A stretch of DNA of 63,485 bases, filler included, from Octopus bimaculoides (Eukaryota): assembly GCF_001194135.2 (NCBI RefSeq). It is 8 parts of 8 records of this genome, joined end to end, with 100 filler letters (N's around TTAATTAATTAA, not from the genome) between each part and the next. Parts side by side here need not be neighbours in the genome. Positions count along the whole stretch, not along the records: positions 47,411 to 58,389 come from NC_068984.1; positions 58,490 to 62,153 come from NW_026424006.1; positions 62,254 to 63,485 come from NW_026342670.1; 5 more parts are not named here. One strand, 5' to 3'. Of this stretch, positions 49,358 through 63,485 are shown in pieces; positions within the stretch are counted from its first letter, which is position 1, and every line of letters begins with the position of its first letter. The notes below the pieces were generated by a model that was given only the letters and a program-made list of their open reading frames with translations, was not told where the DNA came from and ran no database searches. The translations under genes were made by a program, and so were the position numbers.

Positions 49358-50147
49358 CGTTGTGGCTGTGTGATAATAATAAATAAAAACTTGCTTCCCA
49401 ACTACATGGTTCTGGGTTCAGTCCCACTGAATGGCACCTTGGCGGTTTGGCAATAAGATTTCTTCAACTAAAATCCCTTGAAGGCGGTACTCCAGCATGG
49501 CCGCAGTTAAATGACTGAAACAAGTAAAAGGAGATAGATAGATAGATCATTTGTGTCTGTGTTTGTCATCCGCAACCGGTGTTTATGTTTACAACCCCCG
49601 TAACTTAGCAGTTCAGCGAAAGAGGGACCTAAATAATAAGTCACGGGTTTTAACAACTGTTAATCACTGGAACTCGATTTCTCCGACTAAAAACCCTTCA
49701 AGGCGGTGCACCAGCATGACGGCGGTCCAATAAGAGATAAAAAAAACAAAACAAAACAAAACGTGGTAAGTAGCTTGCTTACCAACCACATGGTCCCGGG
49801 TTCAGTCCCACTGCGTGTCATCTTGGGCAAGTGTCTTCTACTATAGCCTCGGGCCGACCAAAGCCTTGTGAGTGGATTTGTTAGACGGAAACTGAAAGAA
49901 GCCTGTCGTATATATGTATATATATATGTATATATGTGTGTGTGTTCGTATGTCTGTGTTTGTCCCCCCAACATCGCTTGACAACCGATGCTGGTGTGTC
50001 TATGTCCCCGTAACCTAGCGGTTCGGCAAAAGAGACCGATAGAATAAGTACTAGGCTTCCAAAGAATAAGTCCTGGGGTCGATTTGCTCGACTAAAGGCG
50101 GTGCTCCAGCATGGCCACAGTCAAAAGACTGAAACAAGTAAAAGAGT
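49358..50147 (+). mobile_element. cluster of three CORE-SINE family B copies (full copy 49762-50147)
   Basis: ggttcagtccc B box, cttgggcaagtgtcttct CORE block, tail ccagcatggcc(g/a)cagt repeated. Confidence 0.9.
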
Positions 50148-50329
50148 AAAAAATAGAAAACCCCAAACAAGGTCCCCCAGTAGGGGGTTGAAACCCCTAC
50201 CCGCAGTCAACAGATCACAAGAGAACCCGGGATGGCGGGGGAGGATTACGGCACGTGTTCTTCTTTTCCATACCGTAACATTATTAAGAACACATTCAGA
50301 ATTTAAAACACCACCAACACCACTGCCAC

Positions 50330-50342
50330 AACCACAACTATC

Positions 50343-50395
<53 letters not shown>

Positions 50396-52521
50396 AGAAG
50401 CGAAAAGCAGGTACAACAATAGTAACAGTAAGAATGATTGTAATAACGAAAACAATGTAAGCAACAACATCGTTCGTTGCAACCGACTTCGAGAACATTA
50501 ACCCGCACCATCAAGATTACCGCTTTTCACATTTGCCACCACCACCATCACCACTACCACTACCACTACAACCATCGCCAGCATTTTCATCTCCGCCATT
50601 GTCACCGCCCAGGCCAGTTCAACGATTTCCAACCACCACCACCACCACCATCATTACCAGCCACTTTGAATTGCCAGCCGACGCCACTAGCATCATCACA
50701 AACCACCATCAACACCACCACTTCGACCACCACCACCACCACCACCTCGATCATCACCATCACTATCATCATCATCATCGTCGTCGTCTGCTGCTGGTGC
50801 TGCCTTGTAAGAATCAAGCCCTGAATTAAACCACCACCACCACCACCACCTCTACGACCATCCTCACCCATCTACTTGCGACGCTGTCCACCACTGTCAG
50901 CATCACAATCATCATTGGCATTCCTACTGTCATCATCATCATCATCACATTCATTATCATCATCATCACCACTTTTACCACCACCACTTTTACCACCACC
51001 ACTACCACTACCACCACTATCAGCACGGCAGCCGCTACAACGCAACTGTCACCGCAACTGTAATAAGTGCAGTCAGATGTTTTTTTTTTCTTTTCCTCCT
51101 CCTCTCTTCTTCTTTTTCTTCGTCTTCTTCTTCTTCTCACCGCCGCCATCACTACCGCCACCATCATCATACAGCTTTCCAACGGCAAACATACCGCCAC
51201 ATACCACCACCACCACCACCACCACCACCACCACCANNNNNNNNNNNNNNNNNNNNNNNNNNNNNNNNNNNNNNNNNNNNNNNNNNNNNNNNNNNNNNNN
51301 NNNNNNNNNNNNNNNNNNNNNNNNNNNNNNNNNNNNNNNNNNNNNNNNNNNNNNNNNNNNNNNNNNNNNNNNNNNNNNNNNNNNNNNNNNNNNNNNNNNN
51401 NNNNNNNNNNNNNNNNNNNNNNNNNNNNNNNNNNNNNNNNNNNNNNNNNNNNNNNNNNNNNNNNNNNNNNNNNNNNNNNNNNNNNNNNNNNNNNNNNNNN
51501 NNNNNNNNNNNNNNNNNNNNNNNNNNNNNNNNNNNNNNNNNNNNNNNNNNNNNNNNNNNNNNNNNNNNNNNNNNNNNNNNNNNNNNNNNNNNNNNNNNNN
51601 NNNNNNNNNNNNNNNNNNNNNNNNNNNNNNNNNNNNNNNNNNNNNNNNNNNNNNNNNNNNNNNNNNNNNNNNNNNNNNNNNNNNNNNNNNNNNNNNNNNN
51701 NNNNNNNNNNNNNNNNNNNNNNNNNNNNNNNNNNNNNNNNNNNNNNNNNNNNNNNNNNNNNNNNNNNNNNNNNNNNNNNNNNNNNNNNNNNNNNNNNNNN
51801 NNNNNNNNNNNNNNNNNNNNNNNNNNNNNNNNNNNNNNNNNNNNNNNNNNNNNNNNNNNNNNNNNNNNNNNNTCACTGCTAACACGTTTAATACAAGCCT
51901 TCACCGTTGCTGCCGCTGCCGTATTTGCCATACACACTATCACCACCACCATCCATAGCGGTGTAAGTGCTACCACCATCACTATTACTTCACTAACATA
52001 CCAGCGCCAACACCAGCAAGCAATACCACCACCACCACCACCACTGACAATAACAACAACAGCAACAACAACAGTACAACCAACCTTCACTTCTGCCACT
52101 GTTGTTCTTGCTATCACCACCTGCACTACCACCGCCACTGCCTCATTGCCATTCAGCCATCATCGTCGTCGTCGTCGCCGTCACCTGCATCACCTCTGCC
52201 AGAACATAACGCCATTACCACAACCACCACCACCACAACCACAACCACCACCACCACAACCACAACCAGCACCACTATCTCCAACACTAACCAACATACC
52301 GTCACTATCAACACCACAACAACTACCACTACTACTAGCACTTCTACTCTTCCAACTATTACCACCCTACCTCCATCATCATCATCATCATAAACATCAT
52401 CATAAACATCATCATCATCATCATAAATATCACCACCACCACCATCTCCAACACTAACCAACACACCGTCACTATCAACACCACAACTACCTCCACTACT
52501 ACTACTACTACTACCACTACT

Positions 52522-52562
<41 letters not shown>

Positions 52563-52591
52563 TACTACTACTACCACTACTACTACCACTT

Positions 52592-52625
<34 letters not shown>

Positions 52626-53580
52626 CACTTCTACTCTTACCACTATTACCACCCTACCTCCATCATCATCGTCATCATCATCATAAACATCATCATCATC
52701 ATCATCATAGATATCCCCATCATCATCATTATCATCATCATTATTATCGTCATTAACATCATCATCATCAACATTATCACTGCTATCGCCTGCTGGAACA
52801 ATAGTATTATTTGCCAACTACAACCACTACACTACACTAACCTAACCTAACCTAACCTAAGCGCAATCGTCTAACCATTTGCAAGCACCCATACCATTTG
52901 TTAGTTACTGTCGCAGTTTCCCCATCATCTCCACCGCCACCATTGCTTCATCACATAACCACCACCACCACCACCGCGGCCGCTATCATTGCTGTGTATC
53001 TACCCCGCCACTCCAACGCCATCAGCTCCATCATTAACGTGTTCTCCGCCGTCCCCTTCGTCAGTACTACCATTGACACCACCACCACTTGCATAGCAGA
53101 CGACAACGGCTTCCGTACCAACACCGACACCACCACCGTAAGCATCATCGCCGCCACCTTCATTTCAAGCAACATCACCGCCGTCGCCACCACCGTCATA
53201 GGCAATACCACCGTCTTCAATAACCACCGCCACCATTATCACCACCGCCGCTGCCGCCACCGCTGACACGTCGAAGTAACATCATCGTCACCAGCGCCAC
53301 CACCACCACCATCAACGGTAGACAACAACGTCTTCAGCACCACCACCACTACCGCCACTACCATCACGTTAAGCTGCTGCATCTCCACCGCCGCCGTTAT
53401 CGTTTACTGTCTATTCCCCGTCCCCATCTGCATCAGCATCAGCATCAGCATCAGCATTAACTCCATCGTTACATTATCGCCACCACCACCACCATCATCA
53501 TCATCAGCACAACCTACAACACCATCGCCACCATAAACAACAACCACAACCACAACAACAATAACCATCAACAGCAGCCG
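50330..53580. repeat. cryptic (ACC/ATC/ACT)n simple-sequence field
   Basis: direct inspection; spans a gap. Confidence 0.9.
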
Positions 53581-53834
53581 ATAAAGCAAGAGGAAAAGAG
53601 AAAGAAGAAAGAAGAAAAATAATAAATCCCACTCTCTCTCTCTCTCTTTCTGTCTCTGTCTCTCTCTCGCTCGCTTGCTCATCCAATTTCTGCCACTATT
53701 CCTCCTTCGCTAAACCCATATACTCTTTCCTTCTTCCATCTTCTCATACACTCTTTCTTTCTTCTACTTACTCTCACTCTATCTTTTCCCCATCTCTTTC
53801 TCTCTCTCTCTCTTTCTTTCTCTCCAAACTATAA

Positions 53835-53935
53835 TCAGTTAAACCTAACTCTATCACTAAGGTCGGTTTGCCGTAGCTCACCACTTGGACTTAACGCTTC
53901 CTCTCTTACAGCTTAAACTTTTAAAAACGGTGAGT
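53835..53935 (+). other. candidate small exon (18-nt microexon 53912-53929, or end of a first non-coding exon)
   Basis: CTTAAC branch-like site + ctctcttacag| acceptor, acg|gtgagt donor; Inr-like TCAGTT at 53835. Confidence 0.3.
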
Positions 53936-54136
53936 GCTATATATATATATATAGATGTATATATATAAATGTGTGTGCATATACATGTATATATATAAAT
54001 GTCGCTTTCTATATATTTATTTGTTTATTTGGTTATTTATATCACTTTCTAGCTTCGGGTTTTTTTTTCTACCTTTTTCTCATTTCCTCCCTGCGCGCAC
54101 TTTCGTTAAAGATATATATAAACTATATTAGCGGTC

Positions 54137-54178
<42 letters not shown>

Positions 54179-54850
54179 GCACATCTGTAAGGGAGTCTAA
54201 ATATAATTTCTACCAATAAATATATATCAATATATATATATATATGTTGTGTATGTATATATGTATATATATAGGTGTTCTGATATATTTTGTACATATG
54301 CAATTAAGTATTATATATACACACAAGCGTAGTTATAGAATTATAAATTCATATATTTATATGAATTTATTTATTCATTGAAGTACGGAGATTACTTTGT
54401 GTTCTTCTCAACGCTTCGAAACTAAGTGATAATAACAGATGGGTATAATTTAAGCTCTTCATCAAAATAATTAATTGCATTCTACTTTTTGGTACTGAGC
54501 GGTTTTGTCTTTACTTTTTTTGTTTTTTTTTTTTTGTTTTTTTTACCTTCTTGTTTATTAAACTCAAAACCTGACACGCATCATATTAGACATACTTATA
54601 TTAACACTCGCGCGCACACTCATATATTGAGTACCTCATCTCCGTTCCGTAATTATTCCTTGGCGAGAATGACACAAAACAAAACGCACACATAGACATA
54701 TGTACACACACACTATATGTATATAGATTGGTAAATGTTTTTGTTTTTCATTCCCTTTCGAAATTATCCCTAATTTTGTGGTATAGAGTTTTTTGCTGCT
54801 CTTTCTAGCGGGTTAGATGTCCTATTATAGGCATCTCTGTATTTTAAATA

Positions 54851-54892
<42 letters not shown>

Positions 54893-55620
54893 CTNNNNNN
54901 NNNNTTCACGCGTGTGTGTGAGTGTGTCTTGTTTATTATAAATATTTCGGTTGCTCTTTCGGAACTCCGAAGTTTTCTTTAAGATAGGCTATCGTCTTAG
55001 CCAAAGTCCAACAGTGATTAAGTTCACTAATGGTCGAAGGGATTCCATATGTGGTCACCCGTTCTCACTTTGGAACATTTGCACATCTAGATTAATTACA
55101 TCATGCCGTGTTTCATCTCACGCAGTGTATGATTTGATGGAGTTTAGGCTGTTTTTTTTTTTTTTTGCTAGATGGTATATTAATTAATTAACACGTTAGA
55201 GCTGAAAAAAAAAATTTTCTAAGTTGTTGATTAACCCCAGTTCAGTCATAATAGTGTTTATCTCTGTCCAAAAAGCGTTCTAGTCATGACCATTCCATCG
55301 TGTTTTAAGCCAGAGTGATAATTCAGGGAAAACAGTTACCAGAATATGCGATTCATGGGAGATTCGACTGTTATTTCTAGCAACTACTTTATAAGTATCC
55401 TCGTTGGTTTTTGTGAGTTCTGTTTAAATTGCATCGTAGAAACTTCGCTGTCACAATTAACAACAGCAGTAACAACAACGCCACAACAAAAGACTTTAAA
55501 TATTACCTCACATGTGATCAGATATTAATGTTTGTTTTTATGTTCAGTAATAATAAAAACAATTTTACATTAATCTGGTGGGTTACTCTATACTTTTGTA
55601 GAGTGCAAATTTATTATACT

Positions 55621-55736
55621 TATACAACTATGTTGTTGGTAGTGACTTCGAAGCTTGGGCCAGCTAAGCCATCATCGTCCGATGATGGGTTGGCTCGCCA
55701 AAATTTCAAAGTCACAGTCGACAACATCCATGTATA
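55621..55736. mobile_element. palindromic MITE (Tc1/mariner-like TATACA..TGTTGT ends)
   Basis: arms fold back around tc; related shorter copy at 56936-56991. Confidence 0.65.
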
Positions 55737-55742
55737 AGAATT

Positions 55743-55779
<37 letters not shown>

Positions 55780-55880
55780 CATACATGGATATACGGTGAC
55801 ATACATCCCAAAATGTATGTATATATTGCCATGTAATACATAAATACATCGTCAAAGGTTGATAGTAATTTAAATATATG

Positions 55881-55944
<64 letters not shown>

Positions 55945-55996
55945 GCATCACTGCAAATCGAACTTGTAGGTAAACACATGGCTATATTGATATAGA

Positions 55997-56030
<34 letters not shown>

Positions 56031-56172
56031 CCCATGCATACACACATAGAATTTATATAGCGTACATATCTATTTAAACACATATATAAACACACAACAT
56101 ATGCACACACTTATAATACATAGCATTTATATATCTATGTATACATACACAAAAGCATCTATCTATCTATCT

Positions 56173-56210
<38 letters not shown>

Positions 56211-56351
56211 GTATGCACATGTTATGTACTTAGGCGAGCAATTGTGTATTCTAACACATGTATACACACATTATATTCATTTTAGTAACTAGCTTTCTAC
56301 TCACGTTCTTACATAATGTGCGTGTTACATAACACATCCACAAAATATCTA

Positions 56352-56380
<29 letters not shown>

Positions 56381-56383
<3 letters not shown>

Positions 56384-56410
56384 ATGATCGCTTTCGTGAA
56401 ACACCGAGTA
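56381..56410 (+). ncRNA. hammerhead core remnant
   Basis: CTGATGA-TCG-CTTT-CGT-GAAAC-ACCGA-GTA; stem I replaced by (CTGT)n. Confidence 0.4.
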
Positions 56411-56554
56411 AAATTTGGTGAAGTTTTTCAGCATCATTAAAACAGTATATTCTATACAGCTCTTGGTATACAGGTACAATTTTCTCCACTTTGCCCTGCA
56501 TCAATATCCTCACACGTGTCCATCTATCTGTCTGTCTATCTATCTATCTGTTTT

Positions 56555-56586
<32 letters not shown>

Positions 56587-56594
56587 TCTATTTG

Positions 56595-56627
<33 letters not shown>

Positions 56628-56880
56628 TTGTCTATCTATCTATCTATCTATCTATCTATTTGTCTATCTATCTATCTATCTATCTATCTATTTATCTATC
56701 TACCTATCCATCTATCTATCTATCTACCTACCCATCTGTCTCTTTTTCTCTCTCCCTCCATATGTATTCTTTAGTTGCTTTAGAAACTTCATTGCGGTTA
56801 TGCTGTTACATATAGAGTATCTTTTGCCTTTAACCTGTTTCAGCCATTAGACTGCAGCCATGCTGGGACACCACCTTGTG

Positions 56881-56913
<33 letters not shown>

Positions 56914-56935
56914 TATAGGGAGAGAGAGGGGGGGT

Positions 56936-56991
56936 TATACAAGAGTGTTGTTGACACAGTGACTTCGAAGTTTCAACAACATTCTTGTATA
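56936..56991. mobile_element. internally deleted copy of the 55621 MITE
   Basis: tatacaagagtgttgttga...ttcaacaacattcttgtata; shares agtgacttcgaag. Confidence 0.6.
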
Positions 56992-57842
56992 GGAATAATA
57001 AATTTGTACGCTACAAAAGTGCAGAGTATCTTAGATTAATTTGTTTTTATTATATCTGAACATAAAAACAAACTTTAATATACATACGTACACGTACGTA
57101 TGCATGTATGCATGTATGTAGTGAGTGTGTGAGTATAAGTGTGTGTATGTACGTATGTATGCGTACATGTGTGTATGTGTATATATATATATATATATAC
57201 ATATATTAATGTATGAATGCCTGTTTGTTGGTGGCGGAGGTGCGTGTCATAATAGTGCTAACGTGTAATGGGCACCAGAAAGTGTATTTTCGGACCCGAG
57301 CACGCTCCTCAAACAAATCGGAGTTTCAACACGTCCTGAAGTAAGCATCAAGTTCTGTTGACAATAACACGATCCGAGAGAAAATACCTAGAGATATTAC
57401 CGTAATACACTTGGAATACGTCCTCTTATAGGAAATAAATAAAGTTGAAAAACTTTAAATCACTTCTATCAAGTTAAAATTATTATCTATCTGAAATCTT
57501 ACCGTTCACGCGTACACGCATGCACACACAACTACAAGTGTATTAAACTTTACAAGGAAACGTTTGATAGAGATTTCGAAGTTTCGGCTTCCTTGCCGTC
57601 ATTAATAAATATGTACTCGAGTTCTTCTACGAAAAAGTACTTAGTAATCCTTTTGTTTATTAAAAACAAATACTTGTGTGTGTGTGTGTGTAAATAGATA
57701 GATAGATAGATAGATATAGATACATGTGTGTATGTAATACATATATATACACACATTGCATACATACAAATATATATATACATATACATGCATACGTATA
57801 TATATATATATACACGCACATACATATACATATATACATACA

Positions 57843-57885
<43 letters not shown>

Positions 57886-57887
<2 letters not shown>

Positions 57888-58292
57888 TTTATTTGCTTTA
57901 GTAATTAGACTGCGGCCATGCTGTGACACCACCTTCAAAAATTTTTAGTCGAATGAATCGATCCCCCAGAACATTTTTTTAAAAATTCTGGTACTTACTA
58001 TATCGATCTCTTTTGCTGAACCGGTATATTACGGGGATGTAAACACCCCCAACAACGGTTGTCAAGCTGTGATGGAGAACAAAGATGCAAAGACACACAC
58101 ACACACACACACACACATACACACACACAATAAATAAATAAATAAATATATATATATATTTACAACGAGATTCTTTCAGTTTCCACTCATAGGACTCTGG
58201 TTAACCCGAAGCCCTACTAGAATATAGGTGTCACGCAGTGGGCCTGAACCTAGAACCATGTGGTTAGGAAGCAACAAACTTTTATCACACAT
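57886..58292 (-). mobile_element. old CORE-SINE family B copy
   Basis: tail, body, microsatellite and head colinear with 49762-50147. Confidence 0.75.
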
Positions 58293-59066
58293 CCAAGCAC
58301 AGATACACGCACATCGTCAGGGAACGCATAAACAAATATCAAAGATTCCTACATATTCTTTACCAGTAGTTATAATTTCACAAGTTGTTNNNNNNNNNNN
58401 NNNNNNNNNNNNNNNNNNNNNNNNNNNNNNNNNTTAATTAATTAANNNNNNNNNNNNNNNNNNNNNNNNNNNNNNNNNNNNNNNNNNNNATGTATGTATG
58501 TATGTATACATGCATATATATATATATATGTATGCATGTATACATGCATATATATATGTATATATATGTATGTATATATGTATACACACATAGATATATA
58601 CATATATATTCATACATACATGCATACATACATACATATGTATATGAGTGAATCTACGCATCTGTCCGTATGTGCTTGTATGTATATGCCTGTGTGTAAG
58701 TGCATATACATACAAGTGTGTGCGTGTGTGCGCTTGCGCGTATGTATGTATGTGTATTTTAATAAATATATATACACACATACACATAATATACTTACAC
58801 ACACACATATATACATATATGTGCGTGTGTATATATGAGTGTGTGTGTGTGTGTTTATGTGTGGCTGTGGGTGTGTAAATAGCTGCGACAGCATAACAAT
58901 GATCATAGTGTGTATATTCACTGCTATACACACGTTGACCGATTTATTGATAAATATACATATTTAATAGTCCGAACATACACACGCTCACACGCACGAA
59001 CCAACACATGCACACACTGTCGCAAACATGCACACAATAATATATACCTATATATACGTGTGCGTG

Positions 59067-59110
<44 letters not shown>

Positions 59111-59296
59111 CCCACACACATATATATATATATGTATATATATGTATATATTCATAATTATATATAGTAAACATGCACACACATACACACACACAAACAC
59201 GCCCGCACACACATATGTGAGTGTGTGCGTGTGTGATGCAGCAAGATCCCTTACGTCACGAAATGAGAGAAAAGAAAGACGTTGTAATGTCATGCA

Positions 59297-59327
<31 letters not shown>

Positions 59328-59381
59328 AAGAAGAAGAAGAAGAAGAAGAAGAAGAAGAAGAAGAACTATAATAACAACGAC

Positions 59382-59433
<52 letters not shown>

Positions 59434-61415
59434 GATGGCGTTGTGCGAAGTTGGCTGAATCTTGAACAATCTAAAGTTATATCCGACTCTTGGTACAAAT
59501 TGGCCATTAGCAATAGAAAAGGCGAGAGGTGAATGTCAAGAGAACTCGCAGAAATGTCAAGTACTACTTTCGCTTCTAAAGTGAAGAATGGTCATCATTT
59601 GAAACTATTAACCAATAACTGAGTCAACATTTCTTCTCTGTTAGTCTTCTAATAATTCGCAGAAGTTTTATAGTATAGCAAAGGCGTTTTGTCGAAGTAT
59701 GTCTCCGACTGCATAAATGGTTATTTTGTTGTAGTTTTTTTGTAGTTGTTGTTGTTGATTCGCTTCAGGTCAGCTGTAATCATGTTGGACTGTATATAAT
59801 AATCAAAGGAGTTCTTCCCGTGACTATCACATCGAATTTGTTTTTGGTCCTCTATTGGAACTATTCTGTCTCTGAACTAACAATAGTTTAGATCCTCCAT
59901 TGAAACTACTTTACCTCAGTACCAAAAATGGTTTTGATTCATCATTGACACTACTTTACGTACGAACTGAAATCTGGTTTTAATCCGTCTCTGTATATAA
60001 AAGGCATTGCAGATTACATATTGTAAGTATTTATTGCTTATGATCTGAAACCTTGTATGCAGTTTTTAAAGAACATTCCTCTACCACAGTATCTTTTGTG
60101 TTAGGGGTTTAAGCCACGCTGAGGCCAGCTTCTAGTTCAACTTTCTGTGATTCAGAAAATCAATGCCATTAAAATACTAAAGACTTCGTCGGCTGTAGCA
60201 ATGCCACCAAATTCTAGACCTTTACTTCCGAACTAAATGTGGCTTTGTTGATACGGTAGACGAATCAATAATCATATTAGCAGAATGATAAAACTGAAAA
60301 TGTGTTGCACCTTTTTTACATACTGCTGTTTTTAACAATTGTTGTGGGTGACATTACTTCCGTCATCAAGAGAGTACGTTCCAGTTATGCAGTGGGTTCA
60401 ATTTAATTAACAATACTTCAGGTTGAACAAACATAAAGACCTTGGACATTAAAACTGGATAAGAGAATTTGTGAAATCGTTTCGTTACTCGATTGTAACC
60501 AATTCACTTCTCGTTAAGTTGTTTGTAAGTGGTATAAAACATTTACGATGGTATTGTCGCTCAACCATGAATGATAATATTTAGTGTCCAGTGTGTCCAA
60601 TGGTGGCATTGTGGTAGTCAGCAGTATTTTTTTGTCTAGACGTTCGTATCTCAATGTAACAGTATTCGACATTCATATTGCGTTACTACATTATCTTCTC
60701 ATAACTAGGAAGGTGGTGGTGGTGGTGGTGGTGGTTCTGCTGGTGGTGGTGGTGGTGGTGGTGATGTGTTGGTGGTGGTGGTGGTGGTTGTGNNNNNNNN
60801 NNNNNNNNNNNNNNNNNNNNNNNNNNNNNNNNNNNNNNNNNNNNNNNNNNNNNNNNNNNNNNNNNNNNNNNNNNNNNNNNNNNNNNNNNNNNNNNNNNNN
60901 NNNNNNNNNNNNNNNNNNNNNNNNNNNNNNNNNNNNNNNNNNNNNNNNNNNNNNNNNNNNNNNNNNNNNNNNNNNNNNNNNNNNNNNNNNNNNNNNNNNN
61001 NNNNNNNNNNNNNNNNNNNNNNNNNNNNNNNNNNNNNNNNNNNNNNNNNNNNNNNNNNNNNNNNNNNNNNNNNNNNNNNNNNNNNNNNNNNNNNNNNNNN
61101 NNNNNNNNNNNNNNNNNNNNNNNNNNNNNNNNNNNNNNNNNNNNNNNNNNNNNNNNNNNNNNNNNNNNNNNNNNNNNNNNNNNNNNNNNNNNNNNNNNNN
61201 NNNNNNNNNNNNNNNNNNNNNNNNNNNNNNNNNNNNNNNNNNNNNNNNNNNNNNNNNNNNNNNNNNNNNNNNNNNNNNNNNNNNNNNNNNNNNNNNNNNN
61301 NNNNNNNNNNNNNNNNNNNNNNNNNNNNNNNNNNNNNNNNNNNNNNNNNNNNNNNNNNNNNNNNNNNNNNNNNNNNNNNNNNNNNNNNNNNNNNNNNNNN
61401 NNNNNNNNNNNNNGA

Positions 61416-61463
<48 letters not shown>

Positions 61464-61577
61464 CAGCAGCAGCAGCAGCGAATAGCAGCAGCAGCGAATA
61501 GCAGCAGCAGCGAATAGCAGCAGCAGCGAATAGCAGCAGCAGTAGAATTAGTAAAAAAAAAGATAAATAATAATAAC

Positions 61578-61632
<55 letters not shown>

Positions 61633-62253
61633 GCAGTGACAATATTCATTACACAACTTAAAATAAAAGAGTAGAATAAAAGACAATTTTAAAAAGCAAT
61701 AATAATATAACAAATAAGNNNNNNNNNNAAATAGATTAAAATAAAAAATTAAGCAAAAAAGGAAAATCTGTGTATTTAAGAAAAAAGACCTAAAAATTAT
61801 GAAATGAAATAAAAGAATTTTTCACACGAAAAAAATAAGAAAGAAAAAAAACGAAAAAAATTTCCAAAACAGAAGCAAAAAAAAAAATGGAAAAAGAGCG
61901 AAGTGGAATGAAAGTCTGGTTTTCGTCGTGAAGAACACAGGAAGAAAGGGTGAACGATGAAACATTAGCGAGGATCAGCCAAAGGGCTTTGGAACTTCAA
62001 ACATATGGTAAGGAACTGGACAAATATAGAAGCGGAACATGCAGCGAGAGCAACGTGAGTTAGCGACCGAAACTTGCTCACACGCACTATAACGACATGT
62101 CTGCTTGTCTGTCTGTTTGGCTGTCTGTCTGTATGAATGGATGTATGTACTTTNNNNNNNNNNNNNNNNNNNNNNNNNNNNNNNNNNNNNNNNNNNNTTA
62201 ATTAATTAANNNNNNNNNNNNNNNNNNNNNNNNNNNNNNNNNNNNNNNNNNNN

Positions 62254-63410
62254 GACACATACACACTTACACACACACATTCACTCACATATACTCATAT
62301 GCACACAAATATACACATACACACACAAATACAGACATATACATTAACATGCACACACACATGCATACACACACATACGCATATACAAATGCACACAGAT
62401 ACAAGCATGCATACACAAATGCACACACAGAAACATGCAGGCACACAAACACACACACACACACATAGATACACACACAAATACACACACNNNNNNNNNN
62501 CACACACACACACACATAGATACACACACAAATACACACACAGATATACATAAATACAAATGCACATACAAATACACACACACATATACATAGACATGCA
62601 CACATACATACACACATGCACACCCAAATACACACATGGATACACACACGCACACACACACAAATGAACATACTGCCATACATACACACATACACATTCA
62701 TACACATACACATACATACATACACACTTACACATATATACATACACACTCAAATACACATACATACATACAGACATATGTACACATACATGCACATGCA
62801 TATACACACATGCACACATACTCATACTTACATATATACACACATACATCCATACATCCACACATCCACACACATNNNNNNNNNNCTTACATATATACAC
62901 ACATACATCCATACATCCACACATCCACACACATAAACATACAGACATACTCGTTCATACATACACATATACATACACACATATACATGCTTATGCACAT
63001 ACATACACATGCACATACATACATACATACATACATGTACACACACACACACACACGCACATGTGCACATACATCCGCATCCACATCCATNNNNNNNNNN
63101 CACACACACACACACGCACATGTGCACATACATCCGCATCCACATCCATACACACATATATGCATACATTCATACATACACACATCCACACACATACATA
63201 AACATACACACATACACATTTATACATACACATATACATACACACACATATACATACTTATGCACATACATGCACATACATACATACATACATACATATG
63301 TACACACACATACACACACATGCACATGTGCACATACATCCACATCCATATCCATACACACACACACACACATGTGCATACATTCATACATACACACATA
63401 CACATACACT
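62254..63410. repeat. cryptic (CA/CATA)n field
   Basis: direct inspection. Confidence 0.9.
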
Positions 63411-63485
63411 TGTTGGAGTTCAGCTGTAATACAATCCCCCATCTTTAATTATCATTTTCGAAGCTTGTGTGTGTGTGTGTGTGTG

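Noticed and set aside
52837-52860. (CCTAA)4 telomere-like repeat
   Set aside because: Only about 4 units in simple-sequence DNA, and molluscan telomeres are TTAGGG; likely chance slippage.
57575-57610. Minus-strand TTAATGA-C-GGC/GCC-GAAAC
   Set aside because: Core degenerate and no GTH cleavage triplet; possibly a dead relative, not claimable.
22129-62209. TTAATTAATTAA recurring inside N runs (22129, 30554, 37958, 41104, 47355, 58434, 62198)
   Set aside because: Stop-in-all-six-frames scaffold linker inserted by the assembler; not biological.

Overview
AT-rich, microsatellite-dense animal genomic DNA with many assembly gaps. The SINE families, repeat landscape and scaffold-linker style point to an octopus (coleoid cephalopod) draft assembly; this is inference. 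One host gene is supported: the last six coding exons of an SLC22/organic-cation-transporter-like MFS gene on + (339-11613), with all splice phases consistent. The rest is intergenic and repeat-derived. It includes a full-length dead mariner, many tRNA-derived SINEs, two RTE LINE pieces, a Gypsy gag fragment, a Penelope GIY-YIG remnant, three diverged Tx1-like ORF1 elements within 6 kb and a tRNA-Asp pseudogene. Two signals stand out. (1) About eight minimal type-I hammerhead ribozyme motifs of the Penelope pLTR kind. Three loci are outward-pointing palindromes, two unrelated loci share a non-canonical CCGACGA core, and one homologous pair shows compensatory base changes. (2) A 1.68-kb ORF1-only (HAL1-like) Tx1-type retroelement sits in a SINE tRNA head with a 16-bp TSD and shares its 3' end with a SINE tail variant. 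All structures were derived by eye; no database search or folding computation was run.
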